Source: Vicinamibacterales bacterium
GTDB taxonomy: Bacteria > Acidobacteriota > Vicinamibacteria > Vicinamibacterales > 2-12-FULL-66-21
Length of the DNA stretch: 64,000 bases
Assembly (NCBI GenBank): GCA_035575695.1
Contig: DATLXP010000053.1
Location: 1,846 to 65,845 of the forward strand
Direction: 5' to 3'
Part shown: positions 15,801 to 24,962 of the stretch, piece after piece
Layout: every line of letters begins with the position of its first letter
How positions within the stretch are numbered: position 1 is the first letter of the stretch
Program-made: the position numbers and the translations under genes
Notes under the pieces: generated by a model
The model's database searches: none
The model's input: only the letters and a program-made list of their open reading frames with translations
What the model was told of the DNA's origin: nothing

Positions 15801-17181
15801 GAGCGCCATGGAACGTCAGCATCGACTCGGCTGGGCAGGGCTTTGCGTCGCGGCCATGTGCGCCGGCTCAGCGTGCCGGCCGGCTCCAGCCATCACGCGC
15901 CCTGTGGCGTCGCCGAACCTCCTCACACCCCGATCGCTGGCAGGCATCTGGGACATAGAGCATGTCTCGCCGCAGGCCCCGCCGTTGATGACCCACGAGG
16001 ATGTCGTCGCGCTCCTGAAGGCGGTCGCGTCCGCGCCCGGGGGGCTGTTCTCCATGGAATCGATCGGGACGTCGGTCGAGGGGCGGTCGATTCATCATCT
16101 GTGGGCCGGGACCGGGAAGACGCCCGTACTCCTGTGGTCCCAGATGCACGGCGACGAGCCGACGGCGACCGCAGCGCTCTTCGACGTCTTCGAATATCTC
16201 TCGAAGCACCGTGGCGAGCCTCACGTGCAACGCATGTTGTCGACCATGACGCTGCACTTCGTGCCGATGCTCAATCCGGACGGCGCCGAGCGGTTCCAGC
16301 GGCGCAATGCGCAGGGCATCGACATCAACCGCGATGCGCTCCGCCTTCAGACGCCTGAAGGAAAGATCCTGAAAGCCCTTCGCGACCGGTTGAAGCCGTA
16401 CGTCGGATTCAACCTGCACAACCAGGGCTGGGGCACCTCGGTTGGGACACCGCCGAAGCCGGCGTCGATCTCCCTGCTGTCGGTCGCCTACGACGAGAAG
16501 CGGAGCGAGAATCCAGGGCGACAGCTCACGAAACGCCTGTGCGCGGTCATTCGCGATGCACTCGAGCCGTTCGCCCCGGGTCAGATCGGTCGGTACGACG
16601 ATGAGTTCGAGGTGCGCGCGTTCGGGGACAACCTGACGCTCTGGGGCACGCCGGTGGTGCTCATCGAGACAGGTCCGTGGCCATCTGAGTCGCCGGACCC
16701 TCCGCTGATCCGGCTGAACTTCGTGGCGCTGCTCTCGGCGCTCGACGCGCTCGCCACCGGCCGCGTGCACGGCGCAGATCCGAAGCGGTACGAGTCACTC
16801 CCGATAAACGAGTCCGGCCTGTTCTACGTCCTGGTGCGCAATGCCACGGTGATCAACGGGGCAGGCGTCGAGCCTTTTATCTCGGACATCGGCATTGCCG
16901 GGACGCGGCGGGTGAGGACGACAGACGGCACGCGGGAGATGGAGGTGATGACCAGCATCAACGACATGGGAGACCTGCGGACCTCCGGTGCGCTGCGGGA
17001 CGTGGATGCAAGCGGGATGACCGCGGTGCCCGACACGGGGTACGAAGCGGGAACGCTCGTCGATCTCCCGGACTGGAAGCAGAAGGGCAGTGCGCTCATC
17101 GCCACCACCCATCCCGCGCGCATCGCGCTCCTGCGCCAGGTGCCAGGCGGGAAATACCGGGTGGAGGTCGTGTTGCGGTGA
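15799..17181 (+). CDS. M14 family zinc carboxypeptidase
   Basis: HXXE zinc motif in LWSQMHGDEPTAT; FVPMLNPDG; lipoprotein-like signal AAMCAGSAC. An alternative leaderless start is the ATG at 15808, 7 nt after TATAAT. Confidence 0.8.
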   Translation: MSAMERQHRLGWAGLCVAAMCAGSACRPAPAITRPVASPNLLTPRSLAGIWDIEHVSPQAPPLMTHEDVVALLKAVASAPGGLFSMESIGTSVEGRSIHHLWAGTGKTPVLLWSQMHGDEPTATAALFDVFEYLSKHRGEPHVQRMLSTMTLHFVPMLNPDGAERFQRRNAQGIDINRDALRLQTPEGKILKALRDRLKPYVGFNLHNQGWGTSVGTPPKPASISLLSVAYDEKRSENPGRQLTKRLCAVIRDALEPFAPGQIGRYDDEFEVRAFGDNLTLWGTPVVLIETGPWPSESPDPPLIRLNFVALLSALDALATGRVHGADPKRYESLPINESGLFYVLVRNATVINGAGVEPFISDIGIAGTRRVRTTDGTREMEVMTSINDMGDLRTSGALRDVDASGMTAVPDTGYEAGTLVDLPDWKQKGSALIATTHPARIALLRQVPGGKYRVEVVLR

Positions 17182-17186
17182 GCACG

Positions 17187-17245
17187 CGCCCGACCAGAAG
17201 GTCGGGGCCTACGGGGACAACGCCCGACCTGAAGGTCGGGCCTAC
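17187..17245. repeat. REP-C (GTAGGCCCGACCTTCAGGTCGGGCG family), two copies
   Basis: CGCCCGACCAGAAGGTCGGGGCCTAC and CGCCCGACCTGAAGGTCGGGCCTAC between convergent genes. Confidence 0.85.
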
Positions 17246-17250
17246 GGGGC

Positions 17251-18747
17251 CTACGGAAAGGTCGTCGTACGCCGCTGAACCGGGTACACGACCCGCCCAT
17301 CGAAGATCGTGTAGGCGACCGTGACAGTTGGCAGCTCGCTCCGGTCGAGCACGAAGATGTCCTTCGAAAGAACGACGATGTCGGCGAGCATACTGGGCTT
17401 CAACACACCCTTGCGCTGCTCATCCCTCGACGCATAGGCGCCGGCCGCGGTGTAACCGGCGACGGCCTCCTTCAAGGACATCTGCTCGGGCAATGAGGCG
17501 AGGACGCGCACCGGTGACAGTGGCCCGTAGGGCCAGTCGCTGCCGACGACGTGGCGGGTGCCCACCTGCGCGACGTGATCCTGATGGCTCTCGATGCGGT
17601 GTCGGCGCTCGAGCTCACGCGCCGGATTCGAGCGGATCGCGTGCGAGATCGCCGCCGATGATCGAATCCCTTCGTCCAGAGAGCCTTCGTGAAGCGATAC
17701 CTGCCAGCCGCGGGCATCGAGAAGACGGACAAGACGATTCAGCCCGTCCGCATCAATGGAGGCGGCGTCCACGTCAGCCGCTCCGGCCTTGAACATCGGA
17801 TCGTCGGGATAGCGCTCCAGAACGGCGTCGAGCCTGGCGACCTCAGCGGCGGTCGTCGGCGGACGCACCGCGAGCGCTGCATAGATCCTCGTCGCGAGCC
17901 CGTCGCCGCGCCGCGCCGTGTCGAGGAGCTCGATGTCTTCCGGCTCGAGACCCGAGGCCTGAATGCTGGTGATCCCATTGCGGCTCGCGGCGGCGAGTGC
18001 GGTCAACATCGCGCGCGCACGATCGTCGCGAGTCGGTTTCGGCAGCAGCGAGGCCACACGGCGGACGGCGTCCCCCTCGAGCACGCCTGTGGGGTCTCCG
18101 CGACCGTCCTTGACGATGCGCCCCTCGGCGGGATCTTTCGCGCGCCGGGCGATCTTCGCGAGCTTCAAGGCCCGCGAGTTGACCCACGCGGATGTGCCAT
18201 CCTCGGAGGCCAGATAGACCGGCCGGTCCGGCACCGCGTCGTCCAGGGCCTGGCGTGTGGGCCTGGTATCGTCCGCGAACGTGGTCCAGCCGCGGCCGAC
18301 GACCCACGGCCTTTCCGGATGCTCGTCCGCCCAGGCCACTATGCGGTCGACTGCGTCCTGGATCGTGGCGGCGCCTGTCAGGTCCACGCCGTCCAGCGCC
18401 AGACCCCCTTCGACCAGGTGGAGGTGCGCATCGTTGAAGCCCGGGAGCACGGACGCCCCCTTCGCGTCGATCGCGACCGTTTGCGGCCGGCGCATCCGGA
18501 GGATCTCGCGGTTGCTCCCGACTCTCAAGACCTGGTTGCCCCGGACCGCCACAGCCTCGGCGGTCTTGCCGGACGCGTCGCCCGTGAACACCACCGCGTT
18601 ATGGACGATCAGGTCAACGGGGCCGTCGCTGTCGTCGCGCTGCGCCCCCACGATCAGACCGGCAATGAGTGTCCCGGCGACGATGCAGACGACGAGGTAT
18701 GTAGTGAGACGGGCGGCCATGCGGTCCTCCGGAGCGGATTTTAGCAC
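17251..18747 (-). CDS. amidohydrolase family protein (YtcJ-like metal-dependent hydrolase)
   Basis: 498 aa. N-terminal TM segment, LIVHNAVVFTGD...GFNDAHLHLVEGG, C-terminal ADIVVLSKDIF...FDGRVVY. Confidence 0.8.
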   Translation of the reverse strand: MLKSAPEDRMAARLTTYLVVCIVAGTLIAGLIVGAQRDDSDGPVDLIVHNAVVFTGDASGKTAEAVAVRGNQVLRVGSNREILRMRRPQTVAIDAKGASVLPGFNDAHLHLVEGGLALDGVDLTGAATIQDAVDRIVAWADEHPERPWVVGRGWTTFADDTRPTRQALDDAVPDRPVYLASEDGTSAWVNSRALKLAKIARRAKDPAEGRIVKDGRGDPTGVLEGDAVRRVASLLPKPTRDDRARAMLTALAAASRNGITSIQASGLEPEDIELLDTARRGDGLATRIYAALAVRPPTTAAEVARLDAVLERYPDDPMFKAGAADVDAASIDADGLNRLVRLLDARGWQVSLHEGSLDEGIRSSAAISHAIRSNPARELERRHRIESHQDHVAQVGTRHVVGSDWPYGPLSPVRVLASLPEQMSLKEAVAGYTAAGAYASRDEQRKGVLKPSMLADIVVLSKDIFVLDRSELPTVTVAYTIFDGRVVYPVQRRTTTFP

Positions 18748-18758
18748 TCGGAGTGAGA

Positions 18759-18764
18759 TAAAGT
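18759..18764 (+). promoter_or_regulatory. -10-like hexamer placed for a leaderless transcript
   Basis: TAAAGT followed by 6 nt and then the GTG at 18771. Confidence 0.2.
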
Positions 18765-18770
18765 TCGCCG

Positions 18771-20147
18771 GTGCCGGATGACGCTCGACAACTGCCTGAC
18801 GAAGGCCTGATCCGGGCGATCGGACTGGGCTCTGCCATTCTCCTGGTCGTTGGGAGCGTCATCGGGTCGGGGATCTTTCTGACCACCGGCAACATGGCGT
18901 CGGTCATTCCCTCTCCATCGCTTCTGCTCGCCGCGTGGGTTCTCGGGGGCATCCTCGCGCTCGCCGGCGGACTGACGTATGCGGAGATGGGGGCGATGTT
19001 TCCCCGGTCGGGCGGCGTGTACGTGTTCCTCAAGGAGGCCTTCGGCGCGCTGCCCGCCTTTCTCTACGGCTGGGCGTCGCTGCTGGTGGTCGTCAGCGGC
19101 AGCATTGCGGCGGTCGCGGTCGGGTTCGCGGAATATCTGAGTTACTTCATCCCCGCGGCCTCGACGTCACGCGTCGTCTTCGTCACGGCGGTGCCCTGGG
19201 GGACGTTTGCGATCTCGTCAGGCCAGCTCGTCGCGGCTGCCTCGATCGCGGTCCTTGGCGCGGTGAACTACGTCGGCGTGCGGAGCGGCAACATGGTGAA
19301 CGTGGTCCTGACCGCCGCGAAGGTGGCCGGCCTGGTCGCGCTGCCGGTGATGGCGGTGATCGCCGGAAGCGTGCAGCCGTCCTATGTGCCGGTCATCCCT
19401 CCCGATCTCGCCCGTCCGGCCGCGTCGTTCGGTGTCGCGATGATCGCCGTGTTGTGGGCGTACGAGTCCTGGTATTACGTCACGTACGCGGCGGGAGAGA
19501 TCAAGGACCCGCAGAAGAATGTGCCCCGCGCGCTGCTGCTTGGCGTACTCGCGTTGATCGTGATCTATCTCACGGTCAACATCGCCTATCTGTACGCCCT
19601 CAGCCTCGACGAGATGAAGGGGGTGACGCGCATCGCGGAGAAGGCGGCGCTGGCGCTCATGGGGCCGTCGGGAGCGGGCTTCATTGCGCTGACGGTGCTC
19701 GTCTCGACGTTCGGCTGCAACGCCGCGGGGATCCTCGGCGGCTCGCGCGTGCTGTTTGCGATGGGGCTCGACGGCGTGTTTCTGCCCGCCGCGAGCCGTG
19801 TGCACCCGACGTACCGCACACCGCACGTCGCGGTCGCCACCCTCACGGGGTGGTCCATCGTCCTGGCGCTCTCGGGCACCTACGAACAGCTGTTCACATA
19901 TGTGATGTTCGCGTCGATCCTGTTCAGCGTGGCCGCGGGGGTCGCGCTGTTCGTGTTGAGGCGCACCCACGCCAGCCATGATCGTCCGTACCGCGCGTGG
20001 GGCTATCCCCTGGTGCCGGCCGTCTTCGTCCTGGGATCGGCGGCGTTCGTCCTCAACACGCTGATGGAACGGCCCGTCGAGTCATTGACCGGGCTGGTCC
20101 TGGTGGTCACCGGCATCCCCGTGTATTGGTATTCAAAGAAGGCGTAG
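18771..20147 (+). CDS. APC superfamily amino acid permease (second copy)
   Basis: 458 aa, about 12 TM segments. GSVIGSGIFLTTG signature. GTG start. Confidence 0.85.
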   Translation: MPDDARQLPDEGLIRAIGLGSAILLVVGSVIGSGIFLTTGNMASVIPSPSLLLAAWVLGGILALAGGLTYAEMGAMFPRSGGVYVFLKEAFGALPAFLYGWASLLVVVSGSIAAVAVGFAEYLSYFIPAASTSRVVFVTAVPWGTFAISSGQLVAAASIAVLGAVNYVGVRSGNMVNVVLTAAKVAGLVALPVMAVIAGSVQPSYVPVIPPDLARPAASFGVAMIAVLWAYESWYYVTYAAGEIKDPQKNVPRALLLGVLALIVIYLTVNIAYLYALSLDEMKGVTRIAEKAALALMGPSGAGFIALTVLVSTFGCNAAGILGGSRVLFAMGLDGVFLPAASRVHPTYRTPHVAVATLTGWSIVLALSGTYEQLFTYVMFASILFSVAAGVALFVLRRTHASHDRPYRAWGYPLVPAVFVLGSAAFVLNTLMERPVESLTGLVLVVTGIPVYWYSKKA

Positions 20148-20256
20148 GCCCGAACCTTCAGGTCGGGCGTCTCCGAGTCGAGGCAAGGCTGTTTCGTGCA
20201 CGCCCGACCTGAAGGTCGGGCCTACCGTGAGGGCAGACCCGAAAGGTCGGGCACCC
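20144..20256. repeat. REP-C, three copies in alternating orientation
   Basis: Copies at 20144-20169 and 20201-20225, plus a degenerate copy at about 20231-20256. Confidence 0.8.
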
Positions 20257-20277
20257 CCTTTGGGCAGGTTCTGGCAG

Positions 20278-21216
20278 ATGAAAATCGCGATTCTTGGATC
20301 CGGGGCCGTCGGCGGTTACTACGGCGCGAAGCTCGCGCGCGCGGGGCACGACGTGACCTTCATCGCGCGGGGCGCGCATCTCACGGCGATCCGCGAGCGC
20401 GGGCTCGAAATCAAGAGCCCGGCGCTCGGCGACTTCGTCGTTCGGGCGACCGCCGAGGAGGACACCACCAGAGTCGGACCGGTGGACCTCGTGCTCGTCG
20501 CCGTGAAGGCGTACGACAACCCGACGGCGCTCCCGATGATCCGGCCAATGCTTGGAGACGACACGAGCGTGTTGACCGTGCAGAACGGTGTCGACAGCGT
20601 GAGCGAGGTCGCGGCGGTCATCGGGGACGACCGCGTGATCGGAGGCACGACCTACATCGCGACGGCGCTCTCCGGCCCTGGGGTCATCGAGCAGACAGGC
20701 ACGCATCGCAAGATCGCGTTTGGTGAAGTGTTCGGCGAGTTGCCCCGTGTGTCCCCGCGCGTGACTGCGATTCACGAGGCGTTCGCGGGCGCCGACATTC
20801 AATCGGAGCTGATGCCCGACGGCCGCGTGCCGATCTGGGAGAAGTTCATTTTCCTGGTGTCACTGGCGGGTTTCACCGGCGCGACGCGCCTGCCGATCGG
20901 TCCGGTCTGGGCCGACCCCGTCATTCGGCAGCAGTTTCTCGCCGGCTGCCGCGAGGTCGAAGCGGTGGCAAGAGCCGAAGGGGTGCCGGTCGCCGCCGAC
21001 CGCATCCAGCAGATCGAGGCCTACGTCGCAAGCATCCCGGGAACGATGCGGTCGTCCCTGCTGATCGACCTTGCGCAAGGCAAGCGGATCGAGGTGGAGG
21101 CGCTGCAGGGATCAGTCGTCCGCCGAGCCGCCGCAGCCGGTGTCGCGGCGCCCATCATGTCCACGCTCTACGCCGTGCTCAAGCCGTTTGCGGCAGGCGT
21201 GCCCGAATCCCTGTAA
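20278..21216 (+). CDS. panE: 2-dehydropantoate 2-reductase (ketopantoate reductase, ApbA/PanE family)
   Basis: MKIAILGSGAVGGYYGAKLARAGHDVTFIARG Rossmann start at the ATG at 20278 (the ORF track starts at 20227, inside REP copies). C-terminal SSLLIDLAQGKRIEVEAL block. Confidence 0.8.
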   Translation: MKIAILGSGAVGGYYGAKLARAGHDVTFIARGAHLTAIRERGLEIKSPALGDFVVRATAEEDTTRVGPVDLVLVAVKAYDNPTALPMIRPMLGDDTSVLTVQNGVDSVSEVAAVIGDDRVIGGTTYIATALSGPGVIEQTGTHRKIAFGEVFGELPRVSPRVTAIHEAFAGADIQSELMPDGRVPIWEKFIFLVSLAGFTGATRLPIGPVWADPVIRQQFLAGCREVEAVARAEGVPVAADRIQQIEAYVASIPGTMRSSLLIDLAQGKRIEVEALQGSVVRRAAAAGVAAPIMSTLYAVLKPFAAGVPESL

Positions 21217-21246
21217 CACGTGCTTCTCACTCACGGACCGCACGAA

Positions 21247-22614
21247 CTACGCAGTCTCCAGCTGTCGCCAGGCAGACATGCCGCCCGTGACGCTGCTGAT
21301 GTGGTCGATGCCGGCACGCGAAAGCACGCTGGCCGCGAGCGCCGCGCGGTACCCCGCCTCGCACATGGTCGCGACCGGGCGGTCGCGCGGGATCTCCGAC
21401 GCGCGTGCCTGCAGGTCGCCGAGCGGCATGTGAAGGGCCCCGTCGATGTGCCCCGCGTTCCACTCGCGCGCCGTGCGGACATCGACGACGATCGGGGCCT
21501 GGCCACGGGCGATGGCCGACCGCAGCTCCTGCGCGGTCATGATCGAGAGGCTCCCGACCGGCAGAGCGGCTGCTTCCCAGGCGTGCATACCGCCGGACAG
21601 GTATCCGTCGATTCGTGACACGCCGACGCGCATCAACTGGCGCGCGGCATCGGCGGCCTGGCGCTCGTCGGCGGCAAGCAGGACCACGCGGGCATCGGCA
21701 GGTAGGACCCATCCGGCCCAGTACCCGAGCTTGGGGCCGTACCCCAGGTTGAGCGCGCCGAGCGGGTGACGTTCGGCGAATGCCGGCGCACTGCGCATGT
21801 CCAGCAGCAGGCCGCCCGCCTTGATCGCGGCCGTCGTCGCTGACGCACTGATGGCGGCCGGCCCGCGGTAGCCGTTCACGAGGCCCATGAGCGGCGGCCC
21901 CTCCTGGTTCAGCTTCTTCATCCGCGCGAAGTAGGGAGGCGTGTCCGGAAGATCGGCGAGGACGGCTGCGATGAACGCGTCGCGGTCCGTGTGCTGGAGC
22001 ATCGGGTTGCCCCGGCGTTCCTGCCCGATCGTGGAATGCGGCTCGTGGCCGATGCCGGCCCCGCAGAGCGATCCGGCGCCGTGACCGGGATGCACCTCGA
22101 TTCGATCGTCGAGCACCAGGAGCTTGGTGAAGAGCGAGTCGAACAAGTTCCCGGCCAGCGCGCGGGTCTGCGCCTCCCCGAGGAGATCGGGCCGGCCGAC
22201 CGCCCCGGCAAACAGCGTGTCGCCGGTGAAGATGCGGGTCGGCTCGTCTGGCTGGTTCACCAGGATCGAGATGTGCTCGGGCGTGTGTCCCGGCGTGTGC
22301 AGGAACTGGACGGAGATGTCTCCGACGCGGAGCCGCTCGCCATCCTGAACTGCGTGATGGGGGTATCGGAGGTTCGAGCCGGGGCCGGCCATCGTATGCG
22401 CACCAACGGCGAGCAGCTCCCGGGATCCGCACGCAAAATCCGCGTGGATGTGCGTCTCGATGGAGTACTGAATTCGCAGCGTGCGCGCGCGCGCGACCTC
22501 GACGTACTCGTCCACATCGCGCCGTGGGTCGATGACGATGGCTTCGCGCGTCCGAGGGCACGCGATCAGGAAAGAGGTCTGCGCCAGTCCGTCGTCAAAA
22601 AAACGTTGGAACAT
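21247..22614 (-). CDS. MBL-fold metallo-hydrolase fused to two rhodanese domains (persulfide dioxygenase-sulfurtransferase type)
   Basis: 455 aa. HIHADF metal motif, ETHE1-like core, then two rhodanese modules, the last with active-site Cys in MCEAGYRA. Confidence 0.85.
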   Translation of the reverse strand: MFQRFFDDGLAQTSFLIACPRTREAIVIDPRRDVDEYVEVARARTLRIQYSIETHIHADFACGSRELLAVGAHTMAGPGSNLRYPHHAVQDGERLRVGDISVQFLHTPGHTPEHISILVNQPDEPTRIFTGDTLFAGAVGRPDLLGEAQTRALAGNLFDSLFTKLLVLDDRIEVHPGHGAGSLCGAGIGHEPHSTIGQERRGNPMLQHTDRDAFIAAVLADLPDTPPYFARMKKLNQEGPPLMGLVNGYRGPAAISASATTAAIKAGGLLLDMRSAPAFAERHPLGALNLGYGPKLGYWAGWVLPADARVVLLAADERQAADAARQLMRVGVSRIDGYLSGGMHAWEAAALPVGSLSIMTAQELRSAIARGQAPIVVDVRTAREWNAGHIDGALHMPLGDLQARASEIPRDRPVATMCEAGYRAALAASVLSRAGIDHISSVTGGMSAWRQLETA

Positions 22615-22653
22615 GTAGAATTCTCGCGGCTGCGCGAATCATAGCACCGGCAA

Positions 22654-23490
22654 TTGCCAGACATTACCCCCGTTCTTCTGCTCACTGTTATGGCCGGCGG
22701 CGCCGTGGCCGGCACGCTCGGAGCGATGCTTGGGATCGGCGGCGGGGTGTTTCTCATCCCGCTCCTCAATGTCGGCCTCGGCCTTCCCCTGAAAACCGCC
22801 TCCGGCATCAGCCTCATGACGGTCATCGCGACGTCGAACGCCGTCGCGGCGAACCCGGAGTCGCGCAAGCTGTTGAACCTTCGGCTGGGCATGCTGCTCC
22901 AGGTTCCGGCTGTCGCCGGCGGTATCGTCGGCGCCCTTCTCGTGCCACACCTTCAGGTCGGTACCCTGTACCTGATCTTCGCGACGACCACGGCCGTGAT
23001 CTCGGCCGTGATGTTCACGCGGCTGGACCGCCGCAACGTCATTCTCGATGCGTCGATCGAGCCGGGGGCGCTCGGTGGACGCTTCTTCGACGTGCAGAGC
23101 GGCAAGGATGTCGCGTATCGCGTGCGGCGCCTCGCGGCTGGCCTCGGTGTGTCCCTGGGCGGCGGGGTCATCTCGGGCCTTCTCGGGATCGGCGGGGGGA
23201 TCCTGCAGGTGCCTGCCCTCAATGCCTGGTGCGGCATCCCCATGCGCGTCGCCGCGGCGACCACCGCGGCGATGATCGGCGTGACGGCTCTCGGGTCGGC
23301 GCCGATGTACTACATGCGCGGACACGTGACCGCTTCGCTTGCGGCCGCCGCCGTGCTCGGCGTGCTCGGGGGCTCACGCGTGGGCATGTGGCTGTCGGGG
23401 CGAACCGACGCGAAGGGCCTGAAGATCCTCATGGCCGCCGTGCTCGCCGCCGTGTCGTTGATCTATTTCTACAGAAGCGTTGCAGGATGA
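22654..23490 (+). CDS. sulfite exporter TauE/SafE family membrane protein
   Basis: 278 aa with internally duplicated GxGGG motifs (LGIGGGVFLIPLL and LGIGGGILQVPAL). TTG start. Confidence 0.85.
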   Translation: MPDITPVLLLTVMAGGAVAGTLGAMLGIGGGVFLIPLLNVGLGLPLKTASGISLMTVIATSNAVAANPESRKLLNLRLGMLLQVPAVAGGIVGALLVPHLQVGTLYLIFATTTAVISAVMFTRLDRRNVILDASIEPGALGGRFFDVQSGKDVAYRVRRLAAGLGVSLGGGVISGLLGIGGGILQVPALNAWCGIPMRVAAATTAAMIGVTALGSAPMYYMRGHVTASLAAAAVLGVLGGSRVGMWLSGRTDAKGLKILMAAVLAAVSLIYFYRSVAG

Positions 23491-23780
23491 GCGGCCTGGA
23501 GCTCGAATCGCGCCTGTCGTGGGTGGGTGTCACGGTCGTCGTGCTCAGCGCGCTCGCCCTCGCGGCGGGCCTCGGGTTTCATGTCGCGGACCAGAATGCC
23601 GCGCTTTCCGTCAGGCTGCTGCAGGCAGGGCTCATCATTCTCATGGCGGCGCCGATCCTGCGCGTCCTCATCAGCACCGCTGAGCGCATGCGCCGGCGCG
23701 ACTGGACGTTCGTGGTGGTGACGGTGGTGGTGCTGGTGGAGCTGACGCTCGCGGCGTGGTTCGCGGGGCAGCGAATCTAA
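23487..23780 (+). CDS. DUF1634 domain membrane protein
   Basis: 97 aa starting at the ATG at 23487, in an ATGA overlap with the tauE-like stop. Three hydrophobic segments. Usual partner downstream of TauE genes. Confidence 0.65.
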   Translation: MSGLELESRLSWVGVTVVVLSALALAAGLGFHVADQNAALSVRLLQAGLIILMAAPILRVLISTAERMRRRDWTFVVVTVVVLVELTLAAWFAGQRI

Positions 23781-23786
23781 GAGGAT

Positions 23787-23937
23787 CGGCTTATCGACTT
23801 TTCGGCTTATCGACTGATCGACTGATCGACTGATTGGCTGATCGGCTCATCGGCTGATTGACTGATCGGGAAACGATAGATCGATGGGTCGATAAGTCGA
23901 TAAATCGATAAGCCGATAAGCCGATAAATCGATTCTC
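23787..23937. repeat. empty inverted double array: ten CGNNNNAT units, a 7-nt centre, eight CGATNNNN units
   Basis: Strict 8-bp phase across 23787-23866 and 23874-23937. It fills the gap between the convergent DUF1634 and GAF genes. Confidence 0.85.
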
Positions 23938-23939
23938 CA

Positions 23940-24962
23940 CTATCCAAACCCCTCCGGGCTGGACGGAATCCCCTGGTTGACCGTTTCCGCCACGTCGCGA
24001 AGACGGTCATGCGAGGCCGTGCGCATCTTGTCGAGCAGCGTCGCGATCCGCTGCGCCTGTCGCACCACCACGGCGAGGTCCCGTTGCAGGTTCGTGTCGG
24101 GATAGCCCCGTTCGAGTAGATCGCAATGCCCGATGATCGTCTGCAGCGCGCTGTTGATCTCGGTCGAGATCCCGATCGTCAGCTCCGACATCGCCTCCAT
24201 TGTGTGGTGCTTCGCCAGCGCGATCTGCAGCTGCTGCGCCACGTACGCGACGGCGAAGATTTCCGCGACGGGCAACAGGGCGTCGATGTGATCCTGGGTG
24301 AACGCGTTCGTCTTGCGCGACACGACGTTCAGCGTGCCGACCGCGCGGCCCCGGGACACGAGCGGGAGGAGCAGCGCCGACCCGAAGCCGGCCGTGTAGA
24401 TGACGTTGATGTCAAGGTAGTCAGGGGCCGCTTCGCTGGTGTCCGTGAAGATCATTGGCTCGCGCGACCGCGCGACCGCACCGATGGCAGTCCGGTCCGC
24501 CTTGAAGACGACTTCGGACCGGGGCCGCACGCGACGTTCTTCGTCATGCACGCGTGCCGTGTACGTCTGGAACTCCGTGCCGCTCTCGCTGAGCAAGGCG
24601 AGCCCCACGCGTTCGCACGGCACGAGACGAGCGATGCGCTGCGCAAGTGCCTGGAACGCCAGCGGCACATCCACCGATCGCGCGATGATCTCCAGCATCG
24701 CGTTCTGCACCTGGAGCTGTTCGATCTCTCCGGTTTGTGCGAGGCCGGCGTGCTCGGCTTCGGTGAGGTTGTGCGACAGGCGCCTCATGCCTCGCGTGGC
24801 GAGCGCGGCGAGCAGGAGCATCACGAACCAGCCGGCCGACATCTCGACGGCGACGAGCGGGGCGGGCGGGAGGCCGCCGATGCTCCACGCCGCCGCCTGC
24901 AGGATCCCGTAGGCGGCCAGCAGCCCCCAGATCCCCCACACGGCCGCCTGGCGCGTCGTCAT
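23940..24962 (-). CDS. membrane-anchored GAF domain protein with degenerate HisKA/DHp domain and no ATPase domain (pseudo-kinase)
   Basis: Start is the ATG at 24962, in an ATGA overlap with the stop of the MopB gene. Two TM segments, a GAF core, then a DHp-like helix whose H-box reads ISTEINSALQ (Thr in place of His). The protein ends without a HATPase_c domain. Confidence 0.7.
   Translation of the reverse strand: MTTRQAAVWGIWGLLAAYGILQAAAWSIGGLPPAPLVAVEMSAGWFVMLLLAALATRGMRRLSHNLTEAEHAGLAQTGEIEQLQVQNAMLEIIARSVDVPLAFQALAQRIARLVPCERVGLALLSESGTEFQTYTARVHDEERRVRPRSEVVFKADRTAIGAVARSREPMIFTDTSEAAPDYLDINVIYTAGFGSALLLPLVSRGRAVGTLNVVSRKTNAFTQDHIDALLPVAEIFAVAYVAQQLQIALAKHHTMEAMSELTIGISTEINSALQTIIGHCDLLERGYPDTNLQRDLAVVVRQAQRIATLLDKMRTASHDRLRDVAETVNQGIPSSPEGFG

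Noticed and set aside
23787-23937. Possible CRISPR array, because of the regularly spaced short repeats
   Set aside because: The period is only 7-8 bp with no unique spacers, the repeats are degenerate, and no cas genes are present. These are phased micro-repeats, not CRISPR.
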